48,786 bases of DNA, from positions 1 to 48,786 of the forward strand of contig JAHFMZ010000003.1 in NCBI GenBank assembly GCA_023267555.1, given 5' to 3'. Below, piece after piece: positions 30,624 through 38,999 of this stretch (position 1 is its first letter; each line of letters opens with the position of its first letter). Source of the DNA: a bacterium. Its GTDB lineage: Bacteria; Patescibacteriota; Minisyncoccia; Phycocordibacterales; UBA5272. The notes under the pieces were generated by a model. The model saw nothing but the letters and a program-made list of their open reading frames with translations, did no database searches and was not told where the DNA came from. Position numbers and translations under genes: made by a program.

Positions 30624-32755
30624 CCTTCCATCATCAACTCTCCACATTCTGTCCCGTCATCTTTTTTATAAGTACAACGATTACCAGTTGGGCGAGTTTT
30701 GATTATATGTTTACAATCTGGATAATTTGAACAAGCGTAAAATATTCCAAAGCGTCCTTTGCGCTCCTCCATATATCCGTCTTTACATTTATTACAAGAG
30801 ACACCAGTTGAATTTGCTTTACGCATCTCTTCATCCTGTTCAATATATTTACATTTTGGATAATTCGAACAGGCGATAAATTTACCATATTTTCCTTCAC
30901 GTTCCATTAATTCTCCTTTTTCGCATTTCGGACATTTTTTGCCAAGTAATTTTGGACCTTCCATAACATCACCGTCCATTTTTCTTGCACCCATACATTC
31001 TGGATAACGAATACAAGAATAAAATTTTCCATTTTTTGCAAGCTTGATGACCATCTTGGCGTTACAAAGTGGGCACTTCATTCCTTCTGGAGCATCACCC
31101 ATACTTGTAGCTTTCTCTAAATTTTCTTTTGATTTTACATCTTTAAGAAATGGTCCGTAAAAATCTTTCAATGTTTTTAAATAGGTAGCCTTACCTTCAG
31201 CGATTAAGTCTAGCTTGTCTTCCATATCTGCTGTGAATGTATCACTTATGTATGACGCAAAATGATCTTCCAAAAATGAAATCACAACTTCACCAGTATC
31301 TGTTGGGTGAAGTGCTTTGTTTATTTTTTCAACATAACCGCGCGCTTCGATGGTCGTCATAATAGACGCATAGGTTGATGGACGGCCAATACCTCTTTTC
31401 TCAAGCTCTTTGATTAAACCAGCTTCACTATATCTGTTTGGTGGCTCAGTTTGTTTTTCAATTGATTGTAATGTTTTTAAATTAAGCGTGTCATTTGGTT
31501 TTAGCTCTGGCAAAATTACATCATCACTTTTTGCATCTTCTGATGCCAAAAGCCATCCTGGAGAAAGAAGTATAGAACCTGTCACAGAAAAATCAGGAAT
31601 ACTTTTTGATGGAATATTTGCAGTAACTTTGCTGCGTTTTAATTTTGCATCTTTCATTTGACTGGATACGGCGCGTTCCCAGATGAGTGAATAAAGACGT
31701 TTTTCATCGTCATTTGTACCACCACTTCTTTGCGTAGCGTGAGTTGGACGTATTGCTTCGTGAGCCTCCTGAGCATTTTTTGATTTGGTTTTATATTGGC
31801 GAATTTCTAGATTTTCTTTGCCAAAGTTTTTTTCAATTACAGAAGCAATTTCTGCAACAGCAGTAGCTGACAATGTTGTACTATCTGTACGCATATAAGT
31901 GATGAGACCTTTTTCATATAATTTTTGGGCGATACCCATAGTGCGAGACGGAGAATATCCAAGGCGTGAACTTGCCGCTTGTTGCAAAGTAGAAGTTGTG
32001 AATGGAGCTTTTGGTGAACGAGAAACTTCTGTGCTTTCTATTGAGACGACTTCCCAATTTGAATTTTTACCTTCACGCACAATACGTTCGGCTTCCGCTT
32101 TGTCATTTGGTTGTTTTTCACATTCAAGAATGAGAGTGTAAGTTTTACTTTCTTTCATTCGGCCGACAGTTGAAAATTCGCCAGCAATTACATAATAGGT
32201 GACAGGAATAAATGCACGTATTTCGCGTTCGCGTTCCATAATGATGCGAAGTGCAGGGGATTGCACGCGGCCAGCAGAAAGTCCGTAGCGAACTTTTTTC
32301 CAAATAATTCCTGACAAATCATATCCTACAAGACGATCAAGTACGCGACGAGCCTCCTGAGCTTCTTTTAAATTAATATCAATTTCACGTGGATGTTGTA
32401 TGGCTTCCAAAATAGCTTCTTTGGTGATTTCGTGGAAAGCTACTCGTTTCGCAGTTTTAAGTCCACAAGCTTCTTGTATATGCCAAGCTATCGCTTCTCC
32501 TTCACGGTCGGGGTCGGTTGCGAGTAATATTTCATTTGATTTTTTGGCAAGAGATTTTATTTCAGAAATAACTTTTTCTTTACCAGCACTTACTTCGTAA
32601 TGCGGAATAAAACCACCTTCTATGTCGACAGCTTTTTTATTGCTCTTTGGCAAATCACGAATATGACCAACAGACGCACGCACTTCATATGCGCCGTCTA
32701 AATATTTTGCAATAGTTTTTGCCTTGGAAGGACTTTCTACAATTAATAGTTTCAT
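30542..32755 (-). CDS. topA: DNA topoisomerase I
   Basis: LIVESPSKAKTI, DPDREGE, SAGRVQS, ITYMRTD, C-terminal Zn ribbons. Confidence 0.98.
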   Translation of the reverse strand: MKLLIVESPSKAKTIAKYLDGAYEVRASVGHIRDLPKSNKKAVDIEGGFIPHYEVSAGKEKVISEIKSLAKKSNEILLATDPDREGEAIAWHIQEACGLKTAKRVAFHEITKEAILEAIQHPREIDINLKEAQEARRVLDRLVGYDLSGIIWKKVRYGLSAGRVQSPALRIIMEREREIRAFIPVTYYVIAGEFSTVGRMKESKTYTLILECEKQPNDKAEAERIVREGKNSNWEVVSIESTEVSRSPKAPFTTSTLQQAASSRLGYSPSRTMGIAQKLYEKGLITYMRTDSTTLSATAVAEIASVIEKNFGKENLEIRQYKTKSKNAQEAHEAIRPTHATQRSGGTNDDEKRLYSLIWERAVSSQMKDAKLKRSKVTANIPSKSIPDFSVTGSILLSPGWLLASEDAKSDDVILPELKPNDTLNLKTLQSIEKQTEPPNRYSEAGLIKELEKRGIGRPSTYASIMTTIEARGYVEKINKALHPTDTGEVVISFLEDHFASYISDTFTADMEDKLDLIAEGKATYLKTLKDFYGPFLKDVKSKENLEKATSMGDAPEGMKCPLCNAKMVIKLAKNGKFYSCIRYPECMGARKMDGDVMEGPKLLGKKCPKCEKGELMEREGKYGKFIACSNYPKCKYIEQDEEMRKANSTGVSCNKCKDGYMEERKGRFGIFYACSNYPDCKHIIKTRPTGNRCTYKKDDGTECGELMMEGTKTIPERCSDKGCPMHNPHKLNKEEK

Positions 32756-32773
32756 TGGGAGTTAGGATGTACT

Positions 32774-33670
32774 TTACACTATCTTTGTTACTTCGCCAAA
32801 TGTTTCTTGTATTACACCTTTCATTTCGAGTGAAGAAAGTGTAATTAGAAAATCTGTTGGAGAGAGTTTACTGTTAATTAATAATAAATCCTTTTCTATT
32901 GGTTCGGATAATAAATTTAATATAAGTTGTTCGTTGGGAGAATAATCGCGAATAATTTCTTTGCTCTCTCTTTTTGAAAGATGAAGCAACGCAAATAAGT
33001 CATCTTCATTTGCTATTGTGTATGCTCCATCACGTATGAGTATATTTGTTCCAATAGATGTTGGCGAAAATATATCTCCAGGAACAGCGCCAATATCACG
33101 ACCAAGTTCAAGAGCTTGTCTTGCGGTAATTAATGTACCCGACTTTTCTTCGGCCTCTACAACTAATAAAGCATCTGATAAGGCTGCCATAATACGATTA
33201 CGTGAAGGGAATGTCCATTGTGCAGCAGGTGTTTCTGGCGGAAGTTCAGATAATAATGTTCCACCGGAATTGACTATATCTTCGGCTAATCCGAGATGAG
33301 TTCTGGGATAAATTACTTTGGTATCAAGTCCACTGCCGGGAATTGCAATAGTAATTATTTTATTTTTTAATGCAGTATTGTGAGCCAGACTGTCTATACC
33401 ATAAGCAAGACCAGAAAGAATTATAATATTTTCATTTGCAAGAGAATTTATTAATTTCTCTACACAATTTTTTCCGTAATTTGTATTTTTACGTGAACCA
33501 ATTACAGTTAATATGCGTGGAGTGGCACGACCGTATTCATCAAGAGTTATTTCTGGTAGTGTGCCAGCGACATATAACATCTCGGGGACATCGTGTAGTT
33601 CTAATAATCGTGCTAAGAGTGGATGTTCAGAAAATTTTTCGCGAGGGATTATAGAAAGCGGAAAGGGCAT
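32774..33670 (-). CDS. dprA: DNA-processing protein DprA
   Basis: IGSR, SGLAYGIDS.AH, FP.RNRI, VEA.EKSGTLITA; next to topA. Confidence 0.94.
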   Translation of the reverse strand: MPFPLSIIPREKFSEHPLLARLLELHDVPEMLYVAGTLPEITLDEYGRATPRILTVIGSRKNTNYGKNCVEKLINSLANENIIILSGLAYGIDSLAHNTALKNKIITIAIPGSGLDTKVIYPRTHLGLAEDIVNSGGTLLSELPPETPAAQWTFPSRNRIMAALSDALLVVEAEEKSGTLITARQALELGRDIGAVPGDIFSPTSIGTNILIRDGAYTIANEDDLFALLHLSKRESKEIIRDYSPNEQLILNLLSEPIEKDLLLINSKLSPTDFLITLSSLEMKGVIQETFGEVTKIV

Positions 33671-33774
33671 ATAAATAGTTTACATTTTTCATTTTGTAGT
33701 GACAACGGATACAAACAAAAAAGACGCCCACGAATTTTTATTTTCGTAGCCGTCTTTAAATCTGGCTACATTGT

Positions 33775-34860
33775 TTAAAAGCAAATGAATCCGCCAGTAA
33801 CACCATCAGGTATGTCTTCCAAATCTTTTGCTGTTGCAACTACAGCATAACCTTCAAAATCAATTTTATCCCAAAACGTTTGCGCGTATTTCCAAGCTTT
33901 TGTTTCTGGATATCCAAATTGGACGGGCTTGTTGGCAAACATATTTGCAGTGAAGTTGTAAGTTTTACTGAGAATTTTTCCTAACAAGGAAGCATATTGC
34001 TCCTTAGCAACATACTCGGCATTCCTTGTCATATTGATGACAAGCTTTGGTGGTTTTTTTGATTCGAATGCAAGTCTTTTCCCAGCGGGAATAATCAAGC
34101 AAACAGGTGAATCCACCAAAACAAAAGGTTTTTTACCGTTGATTGTTTTTTGATAATGGAGAAAACGGAAACCATCGAGGTCGGTATATTTTTTAACCAC
34201 ATCTTCCTCAAACATCTCCTTATTCGGAAGTGGTGGTTGTATGGTACCGTCATCGAGTTGTGCATAGACTATGTGTGAAGTTTTCTTTTGTTGGTTGAAA
34301 GGTAGATTTATCCAAGAATTCGCAATGAATCCGTAGATGACTGCGAGAAGAATAATCTTGAACCCGATTCTTTGATAAACAAGCTCAGGATGACTTCTGT
34401 CTATAGAGAAAAACCAATTACCTAGATTTGCAAAGATGCGATATATTGTCATAGACAAAAGTGACGCATCTGTTTTTATTTTGTATTCAGGAAGTCTTTG
34501 ATCCCGGAAATGCGTGTGCTCAATCTTAATGTTTGGATTGAAGAGTTGAAGCTCCTCGTAAGTTTCTTTTTTCAGATTCCACAACAAATAAATACCAATG
34601 TTATGTAATGCTGGAAAAAGTGAGGGGACTAAACAAAACCCGTCGCTCCAAAAATAATTCGTGGACTTTTCGAAAAACAAAAGTTCTGCTGTTGTTCCGG
34701 CTTCGATCTTTCGAAGAAAGTGAAGAAATATTCCAAGAAAGAAAAAACAGGTGAGTTGAAATGAATAAGGTAAATTTTTTATCCATTTTTGATAATAATA
34801 CACATACACCGACATTATGAGCAGGGAAATAATTGCCCCAGCTAGTTTACCGATTCTCAT
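33775..34860 (-). CDS. Orphan membrane protein
   Basis: GGAGG SD before ATG 34860; about 3 TM segments and a soluble C-domain. Confidence 0.72.
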   Translation of the reverse strand: MRIGKLAGAIISLLIMSVYVYYYQKWIKNLPYSFQLTCFFFLGIFLHFLRKIEAGTTAELLFFEKSTNYFWSDGFCLVPSLFPALHNIGIYLLWNLKKETYEELQLFNPNIKIEHTHFRDQRLPEYKIKTDASLLSMTIYRIFANLGNWFFSIDRSHPELVYQRIGFKIILLAVIYGFIANSWINLPFNQQKKTSHIVYAQLDDGTIQPPLPNKEMFEEDVVKKYTDLDGFRFLHYQKTINGKKPFVLVDSPVCLIIPAGKRLAFESKKPPKLVINMTRNAEYVAKEQYASLLGKILSKTYNFTANMFANKPVQFGYPETKAWKYAQTFWDKIDFEGYAVVATAKDLEDIPDGVTGGFICF

Positions 34861-34944
34861 TATGGAATCCTCCAAAAAGTTAAAGAGCCGATATTTGATA
34901 TCAAAACTGGTTTTATCCTGTCATACGGAAAAAGAAAATGCAAA

Positions 34945-35093
34945 TTTGTGCCCAGGGCGGGACTCGGTCACAAAATCAGCTCCTTCGTCGCAGATGATTT
35001 TCCGACCCGTATTCGAGTCCCGATAAAAGCCAAGCAGTTGGCTTTCTCCCTGTCACAAAATGAAAAAGCTGGCAAAAGCCAGTTTTCATTTTG
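34945..35093 (-). mobile_element. 3'-type target-antisense mini-element after tRNA-Leu(TAA)
   Basis: 22-bp direct repeat 34945-34966 / 35090-35111; split antisense TGTGACAGGG-[AGAAAGCCA ACTGCT TGGCTTTTAT]-CGGGACTCGAA; GGGTCGGAAAATCA...TGATTTTGTGACC. Confidence 0.8.
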
Positions 35094-35176
35094 TGCCCAG
35101 GGCGGGACTCGAACCCGCACGCTGTAACCAGCCAAGGATTTTAAGTCCTTTATGTCTACCATTCCATCACCCGGGC
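35094..35176 (-). tRNA. tRNA-Leu(TAA)
   Basis: GCCCGGG/CCTGGGC, CTTAAAA loop, long variable arm. Confidence 0.95.
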
Positions 35177-35259
35177 AGGTGTTTAGCTATTCTAACAAAT
35201 TTTCACTACTAAAGAAATTACTCAATACTTCTTTTAAAAAAGTTTGTTAGATATTGTTG

Positions 35260-35332
35260 TGCCCCCAGTAGGGATCGAACCTACGACCTGCGGATTAAGA
35301 GTCCGATGCTCTACCAGCTGAGCTATAGGGGC
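35260..35332 (-). tRNA. tRNA-Lys(CTT)
   Basis: GCCCCTA/TGGGGGC, CTCTTAA loop. Confidence 0.94.
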
Positions 35333-35414
35333 TTATAGTGAAATACTATAACACGACTCATAGAAATTCTCTAGAGCATAAAGCATAAATATGTTAGAAT
35401 GAGAAAGTTTAAAA

Positions 35415-35531
35415 GACAAGATGCAGTGGTGAGTGGTCCAAGAGCATAGCGAAATATATGAATAGATCTGCGGTTAAACCGCAGCGTCAAAATATAAATC
35501 GAAGGTAAACCATTATAATTGTTTACAGAAT
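35415..35531 (+). repeat. Upstream duplication of the tRNA-Cys 5' end with anti-tRNA hairpin
   Basis: GACAAGATGCAGTGG at 35415 and 35532; AAACCGCAGCGT antisense to tRNA ACGCTGCGGTTT. Confidence 0.78.
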
Positions 35532-35536
35532 GACAA

Positions 35537-35610
35537 GATGCAGTGGCGAAGTGGCCTAACGCTGCGGTTTGCAAAACCGCCATTCGCGGGTTCGACTCCC
35601 GCCTGCATCT
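35537..35610 (+). tRNA. tRNA-Cys(GCA)
   Basis: GATGCAG/CTGCATC, U73, TTGCAAA loop. Confidence 0.95.
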
Positions 35611-36293
35611 CACTTATTAAAAAATTCTTTTGGCATTTCGCTTTTAAAAGTGTTTTCCTCTCTATCAAGATCAAAACTTAAACTCTCGGCGTGAAGCATA
35701 ATATGTGGTGAATCAATTTTACTTCCATATATTTTATCCCCAACTATCGGATGACCAATTGATGACATATGTGCACGCAATTGATGAGTGCGCCCAGTTT
35801 TCGGTAAAAGTTTTACGAGGGTTGTATTTGCCCTACGTTCTATTACTTCTACTTCTGTTATTGCCTCACGTAATTCTCCTCGCAAATTTACTGGATTGGT
35901 TGATTGCTTATAATCTTTTTTATTACGACCAAGAGGTGAATCAATGATAAATTTATTTTGTTCAATAATTCCTTCAACAACCGCTACGTATGTTTTTTTG
36001 ATTATATGATTTCTAAATTGTGATTTTAATTCATCAAAAACTTCTTGGGTTTTCGCAATAACTAATATTCCCGAAGTGTCTCGGTCTAATTTATGAACAA
36101 TACCACCCAATTCTATCGTTCTTTTATCTTGTAGTGTCACACTATTATCTATGTAAAACATTTTAGAATAATTTTCGTGCAAAAAATCCACAAGGGTATA
36201 TTCCGTGGAATAATCAAACGGATGAATTACAATACCTGAAGGTTTGTCTATAACTAGAAAGTTTTCATTTTCAAAAATTATCTTGATATTCAT
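35610..36293 (-). CDS. RluA/RluD family pseudouridine synthase
   Basis: DKPSG, VHKLDRDTSG, TGRTHQLR.H, HPIVGD..YG. Confidence 0.93.
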   Translation of the reverse strand: MNIKIIFENENFLVIDKPSGIVIHPFDYSTEYTLVDFLHENYSKMFYIDNSVTLQDKRTIELGGIVHKLDRDTSGILVIAKTQEVFDELKSQFRNHIIKKTYVAVVEGIIEQNKFIIDSPLGRNKKDYKQSTNPVNLRGELREAITEVEVIERRANTTLVKLLPKTGRTHQLRAHMSSIGHPIVGDKIYGSKIDSPHIMLHAESLSFDLDREENTFKSEMPKEFFNK

Positions 36294-36340
36294 ATTCGCA
36301 ATCTAACATATTTTTATGTATAATACACAGACAATTATAA

Positions 36341-36422
36341 GCCCGGGTGGCGAAATTGGTAGACGCACTTGCCTTAGGAGCAAGCGCCGCAAGGCATGAA
36401 GGTTCAAGTCCTTTCCCGGGCA
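36341..36422 (+). tRNA. tRNA-Leu(TAG)
   Basis: GCCCGGG/CCCGGGC, CTTAGGA loop, long variable arm. Confidence 0.95.
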
Positions 36423-36575
36423 CAACATAAAAAATGAGACCGCGTAAGCTGTCCATTTTTTAGTTGTGCCCGAGAAGCAAGTGATCTGCACCACTTGCGT
36501 AAGGACTTGAATAGGGGTCGCGAAGTCTTCTATTTTTGATTACAAAAATAGACTTTGTGACCAAGTCCTTTCCCG
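36423..36575 (+). mobile_element. 3'-type target-antisense mini-element after tRNA-Leu(TAG)
   Basis: GTTGTGCCCGAGA-[AGCAAGTG ATCTGCAC CACTTGCGT]-AAGGACTTGAA, TAGGGGTCGCGAAGTC...GACTTTGTGACC, direct repeat AAGTCCTTTCCCG. Confidence 0.8.
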
Positions 36576-36656
36576 CATTAAAAACATATGCGAGGTGACC
36601 AAACCCTTTCTTATCCTTGCTTTCACCTCATCTTTGTGGTATTACGAAACTACGTA

Positions 36657-36684
36657 TGTAAGAAAAAATGGTCCTGTGCGTCTA
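36657..36684 (+). promoter_or_regulatory. Putative ECF autoregulatory promoter
   Basis: TGTAAG-N16-CGTCTA. Confidence 0.6.
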
Positions 36685-36689
36685 TAACT

Positions 36690-37184
36690 ATGGATCAACA
36701 TAAACAAAAATTAACAGAGGCCTATAACGAGTATTCAGATGCTATATTTCGATATTGTTTTTTCAAAATATCAGACAGAGAAAAAGCTATTGATTTTGTC
36801 CAAGAAACATTTGTTCGCACTTGGCAGTATCTTGTTAATGGCAATGAAATTGAAAACATTAAAACATTTTTGTATACCACGGCTCGTCATATAATTATTG
36901 ATGAGTATCGTAAGAAAAAAACATTGTCACTGGATGATATTGTTGATCAAGGTGTTGGGCCATACATAGAAATCGAAGAAGCTTTGTATACATCTATTGA
37001 TGCCAATCGTGTGATGGAACACGTGCGAAAGCTTCCCGAGATTTATAGTTCGGTAATTATTATGCGTTATACCAATGACTTATCTGTAAAAGATATAGCA
37101 CAAATTATTAATGAATCAGAAGATGTTGTTTCTGTTAGACTACACAGAGGCATTATTAAATTGCGAGAAATTATTTTATTATGA
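36690..37184 (+). CDS. ECF RNA polymerase sigma factor
   Basis: D.VQETF...W, FLY..ARH..ID.YRK, region 4 HTH VRLHRG; start moved to 36690. Confidence 0.92.
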   Translation: MDQHKQKLTEAYNEYSDAIFRYCFFKISDREKAIDFVQETFVRTWQYLVNGNEIENIKTFLYTTARHIIIDEYRKKKTLSLDDIVDQGVGPYIEIEEALYTSIDANRVMEHVRKLPEIYSSVIIMRYTNDLSVKDIAQIINESEDVVSVRLHRGIIKLREIILL

Positions 37185-38098
37185 AAAACATTTTTTCATT
37201 ATTTGAACAACATAAAGAAACAAAAATGACTCCAGAAGAAAAGAAATTTGCCTGGGAGGCTATTTCAGCGCAAACTTTTTTTCTTGATACGGATATATCA
37301 GTCAAGAAACCCATATTATCAAGTTTTTATTTTAAAGAGTTATTGCCAGTTATAAATCGACAAACTATTTTTTTAAAAAGGAAAAAATATGCTCTCGGAA
37401 TTATCGCGAGTACTTTAATTATATCTGGTGGTGTTTCAGCCTTTGCCCAAGTGTCGTTACCTGGAGATTTTTTATATAGAGTGAAAACAGATGTGAATGA
37501 AAAGATACAAGTTGCTTTTTCTCTTACTCCACAATCAAAAGCAAACACAGAAGCTGTTTTGGCTACGAGGCGTCTTGAAGAAGTGGAAGGATTAGCTTTA
37601 CGAGGGAAATTAGATTCAGGTTTAGAATTAAAAACCAATAATGCTTTTAATGCTCACGTTCGTGAGCTTGATTCACATATTGCAGAGCTTGAGAGTAGAT
37701 CAGAGTTTGGTGAGATTGCAAAAGTGGGTGTATCTTTTCAGACTAAAATAGCAGTGCACGCAGCAGTTCTTAAGGATATGGAAGTTAATAATGAGTTTCT
37801 TTCTTCTGCTAGTACGACAAAGACTAATACTAGTATGATTCTAAATCTTGAACAAAAAGTTTTGTCAGCCACCATTCCGACAATTATCGCAACTAAAAAT
37901 GCTCTTATAAAAACATCTGTCAGCACATCAACTAAAGTTGAAGTTTATAAAAATAAAAATAATAAAAATAATTTAGCTCTATATATTGACCCTCAAGAAG
38001 CGAGAGAATATTTAATAAGACTTCATCAAGAAATTGGAACACCTTCAACAATTTTGGAAATCCCTAATCCTTCGGTTGTCCCAACATTTATACCATAA
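37181..38098 (+). CDS. Putative membrane anti-sigma factor (DUF5667-like)
   Basis: Overlaps the sigma stop codon; single TM followed by SLPGD.LY.VK..NE. Confidence 0.75.
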   Translation: MKNIFSLFEQHKETKMTPEEKKFAWEAISAQTFFLDTDISVKKPILSSFYFKELLPVINRQTIFLKRKKYALGIIASTLIISGGVSAFAQVSLPGDFLYRVKTDVNEKIQVAFSLTPQSKANTEAVLATRRLEEVEGLALRGKLDSGLELKTNNAFNAHVRELDSHIAELESRSEFGEIAKVGVSFQTKIAVHAAVLKDMEVNNEFLSSASTTKTNTSMILNLEQKVLSATIPTIIATKNALIKTSVSTSTKVEVYKNKNNKNNLALYIDPQEAREYLIRLHQEIGTPSTILEIPNPSVVPTFIP

Positions 38099-38134
38099 AA
38101 ATAGTCCGTCATTTTTTGTAGATGTATTTTAACT

Positions 38135-38162
38135 TGTAAGAAAATAAATCCTGTAGCGTCTT
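38135..38162 (+). promoter_or_regulatory. Putative ECF promoter
   Basis: TGTAAG-N16-CGTCTT. Confidence 0.55.
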
Positions 38163-38256
38163 TATATATAGGGTCACTGACTAACCCTAGAAATTAGGTG
38201 TTTAGTTAAGTCCAATTATGTTTCCTTTATTAATCTTAATGAAAATATACATTATT

Positions 38257-38907
38257 ATGAAAAAAATTATTCAAGGTTCTATTATAGCCATTTTGGCTTC
38301 AGTCGGACTTAGTACACAAGCATTTGCTTTTAATCAAATAAATCAGCAACTTGATTTTGGTGAAAGAAATTCAGATGTTACTAGTCTTCAGGAATTTCTT
38401 GCAGGAGATCCAAGTGTATATCCGCAAGGACTTGTTACTGGTTACTTTGGTGTTCTCACTCGTTCAGCGGTTATGAATTTCCAAGCAAAATACGGTATTG
38501 CACAAGCTGGGCGTGTTGGCCCACTTACATTAGCAAAGATGAATGAACTTATAGGTTCTGGTGTTGCAAATACATCAGGTCCAGCAATTGTTATGCAATC
38601 TGGTCCACAAGTCACAAGTACAACTGCTGTCTTTAATTGGATGACTACAAATAGAGTAGCTCTTGGTCGCGTGTATTACAGTACATCACCATTACAAATG
38701 AATGAGGGAGATATAAATTCAAATGGTTTTGCTGTGACAACCGGTCAACTTGGAAGTTATGATGGTGTGGCTCGTTCTTCACAATCATCAACTCTTACAG
38801 GTTTGCAACCAAATACAACCTATTACTACACAATTGTGGCAACAGATTTGGGTGGTAATGTAAGTGTGATTGGTCCAAACAATACATTCCGAACATCTAA
38901 TAATTAA
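38257..38907 (+). CDS. Secreted peptidoglycan-binding and FN3-like domain protein
   Basis: Signal peptide, DV.SLQ.FL..GYFG.LT, LTGLQPNTTYYY. Confidence 0.85.
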   Translation: MKKIIQGSIIAILASVGLSTQAFAFNQINQQLDFGERNSDVTSLQEFLAGDPSVYPQGLVTGYFGVLTRSAVMNFQAKYGIAQAGRVGPLTLAKMNELIGSGVANTSGPAIVMQSGPQVTSTTAVFNWMTTNRVALGRVYYSTSPLQMNEGDINSNGFAVTTGQLGSYDGVARSSQSSTLTGLQPNTTYYYTIVATDLGGNVSVIGPNNTFRTSNN

Positions 38908-38999
38908 AATGCTATAAAAGGGGATAGAGTAGAAAAGAAAAAAGGCAAACATCACTGATGTTCGCCTTTTGTTGTGGTGCATTGCACACCACAAATTGA

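Noticed and set aside
30358-30702. 114-aa plus-strand ORF as the element's enzyme
   Set aside because: Antisense to topA, spans hairpins and shows no recognisable motifs
33775-35111. Classical integrase-driven genomic island at tRNA-Leu(TAA)
   Set aside because: The direct repeats enclose only 123 bp, the orphan gene lies outside them and no integrase is present
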